A DNA stretch of 41,415 nt from Thermoproteota archaeon (GTDB lineage: Archaea; Asgardarchaeota; Jordiarchaeia; Jordiarchaeales; Freyrarchaeaceae): positions 1-41,415 of the forward strand of contig JAPDJY010000022.1 in the NCBI GenBank assembly GCA_029258835.1. Reading direction: 5' to 3'. Position 1 is the first letter of the stretch. Each line of letters starts with the position of its first letter. Made by a program: the position numbers and the translations under genes. The notes beneath the pieces are model-generated. The model did not search any database. It had not been told where the DNA came from and saw only the letters and a program-made list of their open reading frames with translations. This document shows, one piece after another, positions 18,041-27,513 of the stretch.

Positions 18041-18500
18041 GATAGGCATAGCGGACACGACGTTTGCAAGGTACGACATGGCTAGGGTTGCAGTGGAGGA
18101 GATCGAGAGCATGACGAGCAAGGTGGAGATAGTGAGGTACACGGTTCCAGGGGTGAAGGACCTGCCGGTTGCCGCCAAGAAGCTCATAGAGGAGGAGGGG
18201 TGCGAGGTGGTTATAGCGTTCGGCATGCCTGGCCCTGAACCCATAGACAAGCTGTGCGCCCACGAGGCTTCGATGGGGATAATCCAAGCCCAGCTGATGA
18301 CCAACAAGCACATAATAGAGTGCTTCGTGCACGAGGACGAGGGGGGGAGCGTTGAGGAGCTCATCTCGATATGTGAGGACAGGGCGAGGAAGCACGCTAG
18401 GAACGCTGTGAGGCTCATATTTGACAGGGAGTGGCTTACCAGGCATGCCGGGCAGGGTCTCAGGCAGGGGCACCCGGACGCAGGACCCCTAAAGCCTTAA
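18009..18500 (+). CDS. ribC: Archaeal riboflavin synthase; start probably ATG 18030
   Basis: KIGIADTTFARYDM, RYTVPGVKDLPVA, HIIECFVHEDE, AGQGLRQG. Confidence 0.95.
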   Translation: MSCGRGAMKVKIGIADTTFARYDMARVAVEEIESMTSKVEIVRYTVPGVKDLPVAAKKLIEEEGCEVVIAFGMPGPEPIDKLCAHEASMGIIQAQLMTNKHIIECFVHEDEGGSVEELISICEDRARKHARNAVRLIFDREWLTRHAGQGLRQGHPDAGPLKP

Positions 18501-18530
18501 AAGGCTGAGGGTGGGAAGGTAGGCTGAAGG

Positions 18531-18971
18531 GTGGTGAAGGTGGCTGGTGAGGGCGTGAACCTTGGCATAGTAGTTTCCGAGTTCAACTACGATATAACGT
18601 ACCTCATGCTGCAGAGGGCGGTGGACCACGCCGAGTTTCTGGGCGCGAAGGTTGTTAAGGTGGTGAAGGTTCCCGGGGCGTTCGACATGCCTCTCGCCGT
18701 TAAGAAGCTTCTCGAGAGAGGCGACGTCGACGCCGTCGTCACCATAGGGGCGATCGTAAAGGGCGACACCGACCACGACCAGGTGGTTGCACAGCACGCG
18801 GCGCGTAAAATGGTTGACCTAGCGCTGGAGTATGGTAAGCCCGTGACCTTGGGGGTTTCAGGTCCAGGTATGACTAGGATGGAGGCCATGGAGAGGATTG
18901 AGGAGTTCGCCAGGAGGGCGGTTGAGGCGGCTGTTAAGATGGTTAAGAGGATGAGGGAGGTTTCAACCTAA
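18531..18971 (+). CDS. ribH: 6,7-dimethyl-8-ribityllumazine synthase
   Basis: [43 protein letters not shown]. Confidence 0.96.
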   Translation: MVKVAGEGVNLGIVVSEFNYDITYLMLQRAVDHAEFLGAKVVKVVKVPGAFDMPLAVKKLLERGDVDAVVTIGAIVKGDTDHDQVVAQHAARKMVDLALEYGKPVTLGVSGPGMTRMEAMERIEEFARRAVEAAVKMVKRMREVST

Positions 18972-18985
18972 GGGAGCTGAACGCC

Positions 18986-19765
18986 TTGATAAAGATGACG
19001 CTTGTTCAGCTTGACAATTACGGTCCCTGGACGGAGTTCCTTGGGGATGACAGGGAGGCTGACCTGCAGGTTTTACAGTCCGAGCTCTACGCCGACCTGC
19101 AGAGGATGTTCTCCTCGAAGGGTGGACTTCTCTTCTTCTCCAGGTTTGACAACATGCTCGCTGTATCGAACGGGGTGACGGTGGAGGATCACAGGGCCAT
19201 CCTGAAAAGCATCGCTAGGAGGTACCCTGTGACCGTCAGCATGGGGATCGGGGTTGGGGAGACACCCTACGAGGCGCAGCGCATGGCTACGAGGATGCTT
19301 CAGAGGAGCGGGAGCGCCCAGTCGCCTGAAAGGAGAAGCGTACTGGCCCATAACCTTGACGGGCCTGTCAGGGGGGGATACGTCCAGATAGCCCACATAG
19401 ACGTTAACAGCTTCACGGAGCAGGTGACCGACAGGGAGGACGCCTACAAGGCAATGTACCTGGTCTCAAACCTGTCCACCGTCCTGATGAAGCTGTCGAT
19501 GAGTAAGGGCGTATTAACGTTCTTCAACGGCGGGGATAACTTCATATCTGTTTGCAATGGTTTGAGCGAGGACGACTTTAGGGAGATCCTTTACAGGCTT
19601 GAGGTGAGCACCGGGCTGAAGCTTAAGGCAGGCGTAGGGTTCGGGAGGAACGCTGTTGAAGCCCTAACAGAAGCCAACAAGGCTCTTTCGATGATAAGGA
19701 GGGGTAAAACGGGGGAGCCCGTGGTTTTCCTGGGAGGGCCACCACGTGAAGACTATCTACTGTGA
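18986..19765 (+). CDS. gch3: GTP cyclohydrolase III (ArfA)
   Basis: QLDNYGPWT..LG.DRE..LQ.LQ, RFDNM, AHIDVN, GGDNF. Confidence 0.93.
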   Translation: MIKMTLVQLDNYGPWTEFLGDDREADLQVLQSELYADLQRMFSSKGGLLFFSRFDNMLAVSNGVTVEDHRAILKSIARRYPVTVSMGIGVGETPYEAQRMATRMLQRSGSAQSPERRSVLAHNLDGPVRGGYVQIAHIDVNSFTEQVTDREDAYKAMYLVSNLSTVLMKLSMSKGVLTFFNGGDNFISVCNGLSEDDFREILYRLEVSTGLKLKAGVGFGRNAVEALTEANKALSMIRRGKTGEPVVFLGGPPREDYLL

Positions 19766-20882
19766 GTACGCCCTCCTAGGCAGAGAGTTAAGGTTTGAGG
19801 AGAGGGTTTACGTCACGATCTCGAGCAGCGGATTCATAAAGAGGGTTTCACCCTCCCCGCCTAGGAGGGTGGATGAGGAGTATGATTCATGCCTCCTCAC
19901 CCCGGGGTTCATCAACGCTCACACGCACGTAGGAGACTCCTTCTTTAAGGAGGTCGGGTTTAACGTTCCCGTGGAGGAGCTGGTTGCGCCTCCAGACGGG
20001 CTTAAACACAGGCTTTTAAGGAATGCAGGGGAGGACGACGTTAAGGAGGGGATTAGGTGCGCGGCGGAGGAGATGCTGTCCTCCGGAACCACGGCCTTCG
20101 CGGACTTCAGGGAGGGAGGCGTCAGGGGGGCGCTGATCCTTAGGAGGGCGCTTGAGGGCACGCCTATACGCTACATAATACTGGGAAGGAATGATGGGTT
20201 GGAGGAGCTGCTCCGCGTGTGCGATGGCGTAGGGCTCCCCTCAACCAACCTTTACAGCGACGAGGAGTTGAGGAGGATCTCTGAGGCATGCAGGTTGAAC
20301 GGGCTTCTAGTGGCGGCTCACGCCTCCGAAACAGTGAGGGAGAGGGAGCTGGCCGTCAAGATGTATGGTGTGTCGGATGCTGTGAGGGCTGTTAAGGTGC
20401 TTAACGCCGACCTCCTAGTCCACTTAACGCACGTTGACGAGGAGGAGCTACCCCTCTTATCGGGGAGGGGGGTTGCATGCTGCCCGAGGGCTAACGCGTA
20501 CCTTGGCGTCGGGCTCCCCCCCGTCGAGAAGATGGTTAGGGCGGGAGTCAGGGTTTGCCTTGGAACGGACAACGTGATGGTGAACAGCCCCGACCTCCTA
20601 AGAGAAATGGACTTTCTGGGGAAGATGGTTAGGGCTAGGTCCGGCCCAGCATGCCTCGAGGCCAGGGAGATAGTTAAGATGGTGACGGTTAACCCGGCTG
20701 AGGTTTTGAGGCTGAACTCGGGGTGGATTGAGGGGGGGAGGTACGCCGACCTTGCGGTCATAGACCTTGACGCCGCCAACGTTAAGCCGGTTCACCACCC
20801 TTACCAGGCGCTTGTCCACAGGGTTAAGTCCGAGAACGTGCTGTGCGTCTACGTTGGGGGTGTTAAAGCCTATGAAAGGTAA
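19746..20882 (+). CDS. Metal-dependent amidohydrolase (deaminase-like) within the riboflavin operon
   Basis: PGFINAHTH, GTTAFADFREGG, HASE, VHLTH, CPRAN, LGTDN; it overlaps both neighbours. Confidence 0.85.
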   Translation: MKTIYCEYALLGRELRFEERVYVTISSSGFIKRVSPSPPRRVDEEYDSCLLTPGFINAHTHVGDSFFKEVGFNVPVEELVAPPDGLKHRLLRNAGEDDVKEGIRCAAEEMLSSGTTAFADFREGGVRGALILRRALEGTPIRYIILGRNDGLEELLRVCDGVGLPSTNLYSDEELRRISEACRLNGLLVAAHASETVRERELAVKMYGVSDAVRAVKVLNADLLVHLTHVDEEELPLLSGRGVACCPRANAYLGVGLPPVEKMVRAGVRVCLGTDNVMVNSPDLLREMDFLGKMVRARSGPACLEAREIVKMVTVNPAEVLRLNSGWIEGGRYADLAVIDLDAANVKPVHHPYQALVHRVKSENVLCVYVGGVKAYER

Positions 20883-21534
20883 ACCCTACGTTATACTTAA
20901 CGCCGCCATGAGCCTTGATGGCAAAATAGCGACTGTAGGGGGGGACTCGGAGTTCTCGGACGAGGAGGACTGGAGGAGAGTGCACAGGCTCAGGGCCGAG
21001 GTCGACGCGATAATGGTTGGGGTTAACACCGTGCTAGCCGACGACCCTAAGCTGACTTCCAAGGTAGGGAGGAGCCCTTTAAGGGTTGTCGTCGACAGCA
21101 TGGCCAGGACCCCTCCCACGGCGAGGGTTCTCACCTACAGGAGGGATGTGCCAACCGTGATAGCCGTGACGGGTAGGGCTCCAGCTGAAAGGGTTGAGAA
21201 GCTGAGGGAGGCAGGGGCGAGGATCCTATTGTGCGGCGAGGGGAGGAGGGTGGACTTGGAGGTTCTCATGGAGAAGCTCTTCGAGATGGGGGTTAGAAGG
21301 CTCCTCCTTGAAGGGGGAGGAAACCTTAACTGGGGCATGTTCGAGAAGGGGCTAGTGGACGAGGTGAGGGTTGCCGTGGCCCCGGTGATAGTTGGCGGAA
21401 GCAGGGCGGTGACGCTCGTTGAGGGGGAGGGGTTCGGCAGGGTGAGCCGGGCGGTGAAGCTTAAAATTCTAAACGCTGAGAGGGTGGGGGGATGCTTGCT
21501 AATAACGTGCAAGGTGGAGAAAAAAGGGATTTAA
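20872..21534 (+). CDS. arfC: 2,5-diamino-6-ribosylamino-4(3H)-pyrimidinone 5'-phosphate reductase
   Basis: MKGKPYVILNAAMSLDGKIA, VHRLRA..DAIMVG..TV..DDP, LLEGGG; there is no deaminase domain. Confidence 0.92.
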   Translation: MKGKPYVILNAAMSLDGKIATVGGDSEFSDEEDWRRVHRLRAEVDAIMVGVNTVLADDPKLTSKVGRSPLRVVVDSMARTPPTARVLTYRRDVPTVIAVTGRAPAERVEKLREAGARILLCGEGRRVDLEVLMEKLFEMGVRRLLLEGGGNLNWGMFEKGLVDEVRVAVAPVIVGGSRAVTLVEGEGFGRVSRAVKLKILNAERVGGCLLITCKVEKKGI

Positions 21535-21563
21535 AAAAGGGGGAAGGAAGGAGAACGTGTGGC

Positions 21564-22025
21564 TTAGAGTAGGCGTTCTATATCCTGTTTTAGCTCCTTG
21601 AAGGCCTCGTTTTCCGGGTCGAGCGCTATGGCCTTATCTATCGTTTCCACTGCCTTCCTTTTCTCGCCTTTATCGGCGTAGCAGGCGCTTAGAACGTAGT
21701 AGAAGACTGGTATGTCGGGACGTATGGAGATCGCTTTCTCCAGGCTGTCTATTGCCTCGTCGTACCTTTTCAGCCTCATGTACGAGAAGCCCATGTAGTA
21801 GTATGCGTCCTCCGGGCCTGGAACTCCGAGCTCAATCGACTTCTTCATGGACGATGCGGCAGCCTCAAAGTTGTGCATTCTAAACTGAACCACTCCGTCA
21901 TAATACCAGACGAGAGGGTGGTTAGGCGCCATTCCCTTAGCGGACTTTAGGTCCAGTTCAGCTAGGTCAAGGCGTCCCTCTCTTATGTTTCTCACGGCAC
22001 TCTTCAAAACGTTTTCCAGCGACAT
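21564..22025 (-). CDS. Tetratricopeptide-repeat protein
   Basis: Repeated TPR consensus (AYYYMG..Y...KRYDEAI..LEKAI...P). Confidence 0.85.
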   Translation of the reverse strand: MSLENVLKSAVRNIREGRLDLAELDLKSAKGMAPNHPLVWYYDGVVQFRMHNFEAAASSMKKSIELGVPGPEDAYYYMGFSYMRLKRYDEAIDSLEKAISIRPDIPVFYYVLSACYADKGEKRKAVETIDKAIALDPENEAFKELKQDIERLL

Positions 22026-22200
22026 TAAACCAACACTTGGAATGTTGCTAGGTTGCGATAAAAAGGAGGAACCTTTCCATCACACCCGCAACTCAACATA
22101 ACCGAAAAGCAGTATAAATAAATTTCTAAGAAAGGCGGGAGGCGACCTAAAACCTAGACGGTGAAGGCGACATTCTAATTAGAACACATTTCTACTGTAA

Positions 22201-22528
22201 GCCTTGCGAAACTGTTAAATGTTTGGTGGACATGTATGGGCGTTTTGATAGATGTGTCCCAGATGCGGTGGGAGGATGGAGCACCGAAAGGGACAGGTTC
22301 TGGAGTGTAAATAGACAGTTGAACGCTTCAGTAAACCTATACCTAAGGATGAGAGGCTTCCCTCCTTCAATGAGGGTTTGGGAGGAAATTGTTCCCCAGA
22401 CCCGAGGAGGGGTGGGCCCCCTCGATAGGGGCGAGACCGATGACACGCCCCCAATGAATCCAGAGGGAGACGAGGCTGACGCCCCTAAAGCGGACACGCA
22501 CCTATAAAGACCACGTCCGCTGAACCCC
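22201..22528 (+). mobile_element. Non-autonomous IS607-like derivative (left end + tnpB 3' remnant/right end)
   Basis: Left end GCCTTGCGAAACTGTT, TnpB RuvC-III remnant VNRQLNASVNLYLRM, right end CCTATAAAGACCACGTCCGCTGAACCCC. Confidence 0.7.
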
Positions 22529-22533
22529 GCATG

Positions 22534-22953
22534 CTAAATTCGGTATGAGACTATTCCCGCAGCTATTAGGGCGATTCCCCCTGTTATGCTGCCGGCAACA
22601 GGCAACCATATTTCCAAGATGGAGAGGGCCGTGAGCGTGGCTCCCGTGGCTAGAAACACTGCTGCCGCTCGTTTAACCTCACCTTGACCCACGTACCTGC
22701 ATCCTAACAGTGAAATGGCGCCTAGCACTATGGGAATTAGGCTTTCAAGGGCTGTGAATGGTGCCAACGCGTAGATGAAGAATGCACCTATCGACGCGAA
22801 GGGCATATATGAGAGGATGGATGCGATGATGAGGGGGGCTACGATGTTTTCGATGGCTCCAGCGATGGCTAACACGGCTCCGAGAACGCCAACAACGTAG
22901 GCAACATTCTCGTAGTCAACCATAAAGGACACCTTAGGTTGGTTGTGGTTCAC
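22534..22953 (-). CDS. Small integral membrane protein (about 4 TM)
   Basis: Four hydrophobic segments; the start may be ATG 22923. Confidence 0.7.
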   Translation of the reverse strand: MNHNQPKVSFMVDYENVAYVVGVLGAVLAIAGAIENIVAPLIIASILSYMPFASIGAFFIYALAPFTALESLIPIVLGAISLLGCRYVGQGEVKRAAAVFLATGATLTALSILEIWLPVAGSITGGIALIAAGIVSYRI

Positions 22954-23095
22954 GCTTTTTCCACCAGTCTCTATTTTTTTAAATTTATATGCGTTTCGGA
23001 GTGATGGTTCCCCTTAAAATGCCTTCCTTCTTTTGCTTGAATCGTTTCTTTCGGAGGCGAAAAGCTTCTAACGTAACGTTACCTATTTCTTACGG

Positions 23096-24361
23096 GTGGA
23101 TGCTGTGAGGGTTGGCTTACCCCAGATGCCATGGTTTGGTGACGTGGTTTTAGAGCTGGAGTTCCCCGAGGAATGGGACGTGCATGTCTGCGGTATGGCG
23201 GGCGACGGGAAAAAGCCTCTAAGCACGGAGCAGATTCTGTCAGCGTTGAGGAACCCTATTGGAGTGAAGGCTTTGGACAGGCTGGCGGAGGGAAAGGAGG
23301 AGGCAGTAATAGTATTCGATGACATGACGAGGCCTACGAGGGTGTACGAGATAGCCCCCCTAGTTCTTGAGGAGATGAGGAAGGGGGGGATAAGGGAGGA
23401 TCATGTGAGGTTCATCTGTGCGAACGGGGCGCACGGCACGTTTGACAGGGAGGACTTCGCTAAGAAGCTTGGGGAGGAAGTAGTTGAAGGGTACCCCGTC
23501 TTCAATCATAACCCGTACAGCAACGTAGACTACTTGGGGCACACCAAGCACGGGACTCCGGTGGAGGTAAACGCCGAGGTTATGAGCTGCGACTTGAAGG
23601 TTGCCATCGGATGCATAGTCCCCCACCCGCAGTTTGGCTTCGGAGGGGGGGCGAAGATTGTTCTGCCGGGTATATCAAGCGTGAGAACCATATCGTTTAA
23701 CCACGGGGACCTAGGCGGATGGTCTGCAGCCTCGGACTACAGGGAGATGCACCCCAGCTGCCAGCTGGCTTACGGGAGGGTTAACGAGGAGAACATTATG
23801 AGGCAGGACGCTGAGGAGGCAGCCAGAATGGTTGGATTGGACATGGTGGTGAACGTCCTGGTGGACTTCAGGAGGAACTCGACGGACGTCTTCGCGGGCG
23901 ACGTTGTGGGGGCGCAGAGGGAAGGGGTGAGGGAGGCGATGACGCATTACAGGGCGCAGCTCGTCCAGAACCCGGACATAGTAGTCTCTAACGCTTACTC
24001 TAAAGCCAGCGAGGCGACCATAGCGGCGTGGCCAGCGGTCATAATGAGGGAGGGAGGAACGCTCGTGATAGTGTGCAACACCCCAACGGGGCAAGTTTCA
24101 CACTACGTCCATGGTAGGTGGGGTGTTAAAAGGGTCGGTGGAAACCTCTGGCTTCCACCTACAAGAATACTGGACAGGGCGGGGAAGATAATAATCTTGT
24201 CCAAGTACCCTGAGAAGCAGCACTGGCTGGAGATGGCTCCACCGGAGAAAACAGTTAAGCTGAAAACATGGGAGGAAGTTCTCGAGGAGTTAAAGAACAC
24301 GCATAAGGGGAGGCCTAGGGTAGCCGTTTTCCCCGACGCAACGATCCAGAAGCCATTCTAG
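23096..24361 (+). CDS. larA: LarA-family (nickel-pincer) racemase/epimerase
   Basis: DDMTRPT, ANGAHG, HNPY, GTPVEVN, PHPQFGFGGGAK...PG. Substrate unknown. Confidence 0.85.
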   Translation: MDAVRVGLPQMPWFGDVVLELEFPEEWDVHVCGMAGDGKKPLSTEQILSALRNPIGVKALDRLAEGKEEAVIVFDDMTRPTRVYEIAPLVLEEMRKGGIREDHVRFICANGAHGTFDREDFAKKLGEEVVEGYPVFNHNPYSNVDYLGHTKHGTPVEVNAEVMSCDLKVAIGCIVPHPQFGFGGGAKIVLPGISSVRTISFNHGDLGGWSAASDYREMHPSCQLAYGRVNEENIMRQDAEEAARMVGLDMVVNVLVDFRRNSTDVFAGDVVGAQREGVREAMTHYRAQLVQNPDIVVSNAYSKASEATIAAWPAVIMREGGTLVIVCNTPTGQVSHYVHGRWGVKRVGGNLWLPPTRILDRAGKIIILSKYPEKQHWLEMAPPEKTVKLKTWEEVLEELKNTHKGRPRVAVFPDATIQKPF

Positions 24362-24576
24362 AAGCGGCTTAGAGCAGCTACCCACCCTACTTTTTCATGG
24401 GGATGAGGGAGGGTTGAAGCGTTAAACACCCCATTCCCATCGACCCCTAGGATTCGACTCGACGTTTACGCCTCTGACACGCAAACCCCCGTAGCAACAA
24501 ACTACATGGAAGGATGTTCTGCAACTCTCCGGTAACGTCGCGCCCAGCGTTGAAGCCCCTTTCCACTTTTAGCTTA

Positions 24577-25701
24577 CTATTTGACGGGTGGAAGGGTGGA
24601 GGGTTTAAGAACCTGGTCGTAGTATTTCTCTCCAGGCACGTAGGAGAGGGTTATCTGGTGGAAGGTTCTTTTCGGCGTTTGAACTTCCTCAAGCATTCCT
24701 TCGATTAGCACCCTGTCCCCCTCCCTAGCCATCATCCTGAACTCCTCAACGTACGTCACTGCCCGTACGGCGTCGTCCGCCCTCGCCCCGCTGACTGTTT
24801 CAACGTCCTCTAGGAGGTATACTGCGGGTGTGAAGTAGGAGTCCTCGTCCCCCGCCACCGTGGCTTCAACCCTAGTCCACCCCTTAAATGTTATCCTGCT
24901 TCTCGGGTCATACTCGTTCCTTATCTCACTCCAGTCCTTCACCGGCTCGAACTCGACCTTAACCTTCCGTCCAAGCTCGGGTGAGTCGTAGACGGCGTAT
25001 ATCATCTTCCGCTCCTCGTAGAAGAGGTACTCTTGAAGGGTGTAGTTTTTGAAGCGCCAGTTCTTGCCGAGGTGCTGGCTTGGCTGGGAGAACTCGTTAG
25101 CGAGGGGGCCGCCCTCCTCGTAGAGGCATTTGAGAGCCTCAATCAGGTCTAGGAGGTTCCTCCTCCCGTAGACGACGAGGTCTATGTCGCTGAAGTACTC
25201 GTTGTAGAAGTCGTGGAGGATCGAGCCGAAGACGCCGAAGTCCCCGTAGCTTAGCCCGGAGACCTCCATGACCATCTCGACGACGCTTATCGCCGCGTCT
25301 ATCATCCTGTCAGGCTCCTCGCTGAAGAGAAGCTGAAACCTGTGGTCGGGCCTCCTCACCTCGGAGAGCTGCCCCTCCCTAACCCCAACCATCCTGCGCT
25401 GAAGAGGCTCATGGAAAAAAGTGTACTGGGGGTATTTCTCCATGACAAACCTTAACCCTTCATCACCGTAGAACTTGTAGTAGACTATGGGGAGGCCGTC
25501 CCTGACCGCTCTAGGATCCGAACTCTGGTAGATGGTTTCGGGGGCGTACTCAACGTCGCACACGCAAGCCTTCGGAGGGTGATCGTAACCATAAACCCTG
25601 AAGATCAGACCCTCCTGCGTTACGGGGGCGTCCCTATCCCTAACCTTCAACACTGAGCGATCACCCCTCAGCGGGCCATATGTACTCCTCCTCCCCCACA
25701 C
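24577..25701 (-). CDS. Pol-beta-superfamily nucleotidyltransferase (COG1665-like), paralog 2; start probably about 25653
   Basis: FGVFGSILH...SDIDLVVYG; N-terminal RDRD..VT.EGLIF.VYGY.HP; C-terminal OB-like strand pattern. Confidence 0.8.
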   Translation of the reverse strand: MWGRRSTYGPLRGDRSVLKVRDRDAPVTQEGLIFRVYGYDHPPKACVCDVEYAPETIYQSSDPRAVRDGLPIVYYKFYGDEGLRFVMEKYPQYTFFHEPLQRRMVGVREGQLSEVRRPDHRFQLLFSEEPDRMIDAAISVVEMVMEVSGLSYGDFGVFGSILHDFYNEYFSDIDLVVYGRRNLLDLIEALKCLYEEGGPLANEFSQPSQHLGKNWRFKNYTLQEYLFYEERKMIYAVYDSPELGRKVKVEFEPVKDWSEIRNEYDPRSRITFKGWTRVEATVAGDEDSYFTPAVYLLEDVETVSGARADDAVRAVTYVEEFRMMAREGDRVLIEGMLEEVQTPKRTFHQITLSYVPGEKYYDQVLKPSTLPPVK

Positions 25702-26644
25702 CCGACCCGACGACTATTCGAAGCCAACCGCCCTCCTCCCCTTCAACCCTCTCCAGCATGCCCTTCGCCACGACCCTCACCCCCCTCCGCGCCACATCCC
25801 TAAACTGGCCTATCATGCTGACAACCTGCTTGACGCGTTCATCCTCGCACTCCACGCCGTAGACCGCAGGCCTGAAGACTGCCTCCCAGTCCTCCGTTAC
25901 GGTGCACTCTGCCTCGACGGGCCTCAGCGCCCTGTACCTGTACTGGCCGTACCTCTCCCTTATCTCCTCGATCTTCCTCGTCGCGTTTACCACGACGCGC
26001 ACCCCCTCAAACAGCACCCTGTTCCTTCTAAGCTCGTCGAAGCGGTCTGCTAGGATGGGCTGGACGACGCCCTCGTCCGCAAGCAGGAGTAGAGCCTTTT
26101 TAACCCTCCTGAAGTTTTCCGACCCGTAGACGGACACGTCCACGTCGCTTCCCTCACCGTGCATTTGGAGGGATATGGAGCCGTGGACGCCGAAGTCGCC
26201 CAGTGGAACCCCTGACTTCTCCGAGAGAAGCCTTATTATCTTCACCGCCTTCTCCTCCAGCCGGTCGAGGCTTTCCTTGCGTAGGAGGAGCCTCAGCTGT
26301 TCACATGGAACGTAGACCCTTCTTATCTTGCTCCTGGGAACCGTGACCAGCTCTTTCCCGTCGCACGGAGAGTAGTAGACGTAGTCTTCCGAGATCCTTC
26401 TTAGAGCTGACAGGACGTTACGGTAGATCTTAGGGGAGTAAAGCTTTGCTGGCCTGACGAGGGTGACCCCTTCGAGGCGCCAGGTGTAGGGTAGCCACGG
26501 AACGTCGAAGAGGTCTTTAAGGCTTGACGGAACGTACTTTAAGTATGCGACCACCCTGTCCTCGGGGTGAGCGTACCCCATCGTGTAGAACACGAGGCCG
26601 TCCTCTGTTAGTATGGCGTCACCGTCCCTTGGAGTCCAGTTCAT
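25661..26644 (-). CDS. Pol-beta-superfamily nucleotidyltransferase (COG1665-like), paralog 1
   Basis: FGVHGSIS...SDVDVSVYG; N-terminal RDGD..LTEDGLVF..MGY.HP; C-terminal GMLERV. Confidence 0.8.
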   Translation of the reverse strand: MNWTPRDGDAILTEDGLVFYTMGYAHPEDRVVAYLKYVPSSLKDLFDVPWLPYTWRLEGVTLVRPAKLYSPKIYRNVLSALRRISEDYVYYSPCDGKELVTVPRSKIRRVYVPCEQLRLLLRKESLDRLEEKAVKIIRLLSEKSGVPLGDFGVHGSISLQMHGEGSDVDVSVYGSENFRRVKKALLLLADEGVVQPILADRFDELRRNRVLFEGVRVVVNATRKIEEIRERYGQYRYRALRPVEAECTVTEDWEAVFRPAVYGVECEDERVKQVVSMIGQFRDVARRGVRVVAKGMLERVEGEEGGWLRIVVGSGVGEEEYIWPAEG

Positions 26645-27431
26645 TTAAAGCCTCCTCAACCTTTCTTCTGAAGGCTGCTTCAGCCTCTTCAAGGGTGAGA
26701 CCTGCTTTTAAGGCTTCCCTGACGAAGCTTCTTCGAACGTTGCTGAGCGCGACCGCTGATCTTGGAGCGGACTTCACGGCTTCGGACACCACCCTCCGTG
26801 TTACCTTGTCGATTTCCTCCGCCAATCCGGGGGGCCGTCTCTCGGCCTCCCCATCCTCCGGCTTCAACGCGAGGATGCGGCTCAGCGCCTCCCTCGCAGC
26901 GTGCTCTAGGGGTGTCCTAGACAGGTTAAAGCGGGCTAGGCTTCTATCCCAGCGGTAGCGTTTCCCGGGCTCCTCGAACTTCTCGTTGACGGACGCTATG
27001 ACCTCGGGGGGGATGGGTGACCCTCTAGCCTCATTCCACTTTAAAGCGTCCTCTAAGGATGCCTCAACGTGGATTATAGCGTGGATGGCGCCTGTCCTCC
27101 TAGCTAACTCGACCATGTCGTGGCGCATCGAAGAGTAGTAGTTCATGTCGTCGTTGACCACGCTTACACCCCTCCTCAGAAAGTACTCTGCTAGGTGTAG
27201 TGTGGCGTCCCTGACGAGGGGCTCCCTGGCAGGGTCAAACTTCTCCCTGTAAATAGGCATCATACTCCTCACGTTGTCTGATCCGAGCACGACCGTGGGG
27301 ATCCCTGCCTCCTCCATTAGGAGGGCGATGCGTGTTGCGAGGGTTGTCTTCCCGCTTGCGGGGAGGCCGCACATGACCACAAGAAACTTCCTTGGCTGAC
27401 CGGCAACCTTACAGCTGGAAATCCGAGCCAC
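26619..27431 (-). CDS. pstK: L-seryl-tRNA(Sec) kinase (PSTK)
   Basis: P-loop GLPASGKT, VVLGSDNVR, DDMNYYSSMRHD, WN..RG..IP, PG.RYRWD, C-terminal IDKVTRRVVSE domain. Confidence 0.88.
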   Translation of the reverse strand: MARISSCKVAGQPRKFLVVMCGLPASGKTTLATRIALLMEEAGIPTVVLGSDNVRSMMPIYREKFDPAREPLVRDATLHLAEYFLRRGVSVVNDDMNYYSSMRHDMVELARRTGAIHAIIHVEASLEDALKWNEARGSPIPPEVIASVNEKFEEPGKRYRWDRSLARFNLSRTPLEHAAREALSRILALKPEDGEAERRPPGLAEEIDKVTRRVVSEAVKSAPRSAVALSNVRRSFVREALKAGLTLEEAEAAFRRKVEEALNELDSKGR

Positions 27432-27513
27432 CCTCCATTCCTGTGAAGTCTTCTGTGGAGAAATTTGTGAAATGCTTTAATTATGGTTTTTGACTCCCTT
27501 TTAGCTAGGGAGG

